NCBI GenBank assembly: GCA_963714875.1
Contig: CAVQQI010000010.1
Coordinates: forward strand, 320,402 to 384,401
Reading direction: 5' to 3'
From: an uncultured Microthrixaceae bacterium
GTDB lineage: Bacteria > Actinomycetota > Acidimicrobiia > Acidimicrobiales > Microtrichaceae
DNA: 64,000 nucleotides
Below are positions 62,791 to 64,000 of the stretch, one piece after another. Both the position numbers and the translations under genes were made by a program. Position 1 is the first letter of the stretch. Each line of letters starts with the position of its first letter. The notes below the pieces were generated by a model, which was not told the DNA's origin, made no database searches, and was given only the letters and a program-made list of their open reading frames with translations.

Positions 62791-62935
62791 CCCGTCTCCG
62801 TTCTCGCACCGATTCGTGAGACGTCGGTGAGATTCCGTGAGACAGGGTGATGGTGAGGTCTCGACCGGTGTCTAGACCGGAGCCTGACCATCGCCGGAAA
62901 CCCTTGTGGCTACTGGGTTCCCGAGTGGGTCTGAA

Positions 62936-62980
62936 CAGAGCCCGAGAGGAGAATCGAACTCCTGACCTGCTGTTTACAAG
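62936..62980. repeat. second copy of the 45-bp att direct repeat (within the tRNA-Thr 3' half)
   Basis: Exact identity to 45086-45130. Confidence 0.8.
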
Positions 62981-63011
62981 ACAGCTGCTCTGCCAACTGA
63001 GCTACTCGGGC
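62939..63011 (-). tRNA. tRNA-Thr: tRNA-Thr (anticodon UGU)
   Basis: Manual fold. 7-bp acceptor stem GCCCGAG/CTCGGGC. D-arm GCTC-AGTTGGCA-GAGC. Anticodon stem-loop GCTGT-CTTGTAA-ACAGC. T-arm AGGAG-TTCGATT-CTCCT. 73 nt. CCA not encoded. Confidence 0.85.
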
Positions 63012-63197
63012 GGGAGTGGCGGAGTTCGTGGAAGACAACTGCCGCTGGTCCGTGGTGGCTGATGGTATCGGGGCTGGGTCCCGCTGATCGACAGCCGTTC
63101 CGGGCGGGGTCTGTGGGCAAGCGTGGTGGCCGCCTGCCCACGTATGGTGGCCGACGTGAGCAGGCCAGCCGGGGATGCGATGGGCGCCCGGCCCTGG

Positions 63198-64000
63198 GGT
63201 GACCGAGGCAGCGACGGGTCCGCCCCGCGACCCTGCCCTGACGCTGGTGGCCACGGGCCTCGGACTGTTCATGGTGTTCCTGGACGCGACGATCGTGAAC
63301 GTCGCGCTCCCGGCCATCCAGTCCGACTTCGACGTGGGCGAGAGCGGCGTGCAGTGGGTGGTGGCGGCCTACAGCCTCACCATGGGCATGTTCATGATGA
63401 CCTCGGCGTCGTTGTCGGACTCCCATGGGCGTCGCAGAGCGTTCGTGGTCGGGATCGCGTTGTTCTCCGTCGCGTCCCTCGCCTGCGGGCTCGCACCGTC
63501 GATCGCCGTGCTCAACATCTCCCGGGCCGTCCAGGGGGTCGGTGCCGCGGTGGTGAACGTGGCCTCACTCGCACTGGTCGGCGCCGCGTTTCCCGAACCC
63601 GCAGCGAAGGCCAAGGCGGTCGGGCTGTGGACCGGCATCGCCGGCATCGGCGTGGCGATCGGGCCGACAGCCGGTGGCTTCCTCACCGAGCAGTTCAGCT
63701 GGCGAGCGGTGTTCCTCGTCAACCCGGCGGTCGGCCTTGTCACGATCGTGCTGACCCTGGCGGTTGTGCGGGAGTCCGCGTCGCCCACGAAGCACAGCTT
63801 CGACATCATCGGCCAACTCCTGTTCATCGTCGGGATCGGTGCGGTCACGTTCGCCCTGGTCGAGGTTCCCGTGTTCGGCTTCGGGTCGCCGATCATCATC
63901 GGGTCCCTCGTGCTGTCGATCCTCGTGCTTGTTGCGTTCGTACGGTTGGAGCTCCGATCCGACGATCCGATGATGGACGTGCGGGTCTTCGCCGACAAGG
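63198..64000 (+). CDS. MFS transporter, DHA2/EmrB-like family (5' partial; runs off the window)
   Basis: GTG start, then ...LTLVATGLGLFMVFLDATIVNVALPAIQSDF...WVVAAYSLTMGMFMMTSASLSDSHGRRRAFVVG. This frame is not in the supplied ORF list because no stop falls inside the window. Confidence 0.8.

Larger units (their letters stand above)
45086..62980. mobile_element. ~17.9-kb tRNA-Thr-integrated element (integrative mobilisable element / genomic island) with tyrosine integrase and MobF relaxase
   Basis: The 45-bp direct repeats define both ends. The integrase sits next to the intact tRNA and the relaxase next to the integrase. GATTCGTGAGAC / CCGTGAGAC arm-type repeats lie at 45233-45257 and 62810-62843. 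Some cargo genes have lower GC than the flanks. Confidence 0.65.

Noticed and set aside
1-64000. CRISPR arrays, rRNA genes, IS transposases
   Set aside because: No regularly spaced direct repeats, no rRNA-like conserved stretches, and no DDE or transposase-like ORFs were seen. The only mobility genes are the integrase and the relaxase.

Overview
This is a ~70% GC actinobacterial chromosomal window. Such GC content creates many long shadow ORFs on the opposite strand, so genes were called from domain content and codon bias, not ORF length.

The window divides into three parts.

(i) 1-28 kb, surface and envelope genes:
- A ~2,800-aa DUF11-repeat adhesin with a LAXTG sortase signal, split across two frames at ~5.3 kb.
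- Next to it, a degenerate cellulose-synthase-like GT2 membrane protein with a possible PilZ-like tail, broken into three frames.
- A CSLREA/beta-helix lipoprotein.
- SDR and NAD(P)-binding oxidoreductases.
- A decayed kinase plus flippase-like gene.
- A broken DHA2-family MFS transporter.

(ii) 28-45 kb:
- A PKD plus Gly-rich PGRS-like secreted protein.
- An HNH endonuclease.
- A flotillin-NfeD pair.
- Two LuxR-type regulators.
- A Tat-exported GMC oxidoreductase.
- A compact minus-strand cluster, which I consider the most interesting system here. It reads TasA/camelysin-like secreted protein - SipW-type signal peptidase - H-NOX haem-NO/O2 sensor - soluble histidine kinase - OmpR response regulator - PAS/REC/HPt hybrid kinase. 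Start and stop codons overlap across four of these genes.

(iii) 45.1-63.0 kb, a ~17.9 kb integrative element in tRNA-Thr:
- It is bounded by exact 45-bp direct repeats and by GATTCGTGAGAC arm-type repeats at both ends.
- It carries a tyrosine integrase and a MobF/TraA relaxase-helicase.
- Cargo includes an ERCC4-like/Lsr2-like fusion, an AbiEi/AbiEii pair, ClC and SulP transporters, a LAL-family LuxR regulator, a rhodanese, and a DszB-like desulfinase with visibly lower GC.

At least ten genes are interrupted by apparent +/-1 frameshifts: adhesin, GT2, kinase, MFS, membrane protein, NfeD, LuxR, ERCC4-Lsr2, relaxase and integrase. This indicates either indel errors in the assembly or real pseudogenisation, so all affected gene boundaries are approximate.

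No rRNA and no CRISPR array were seen. One tRNA (Thr, UGU) is present.
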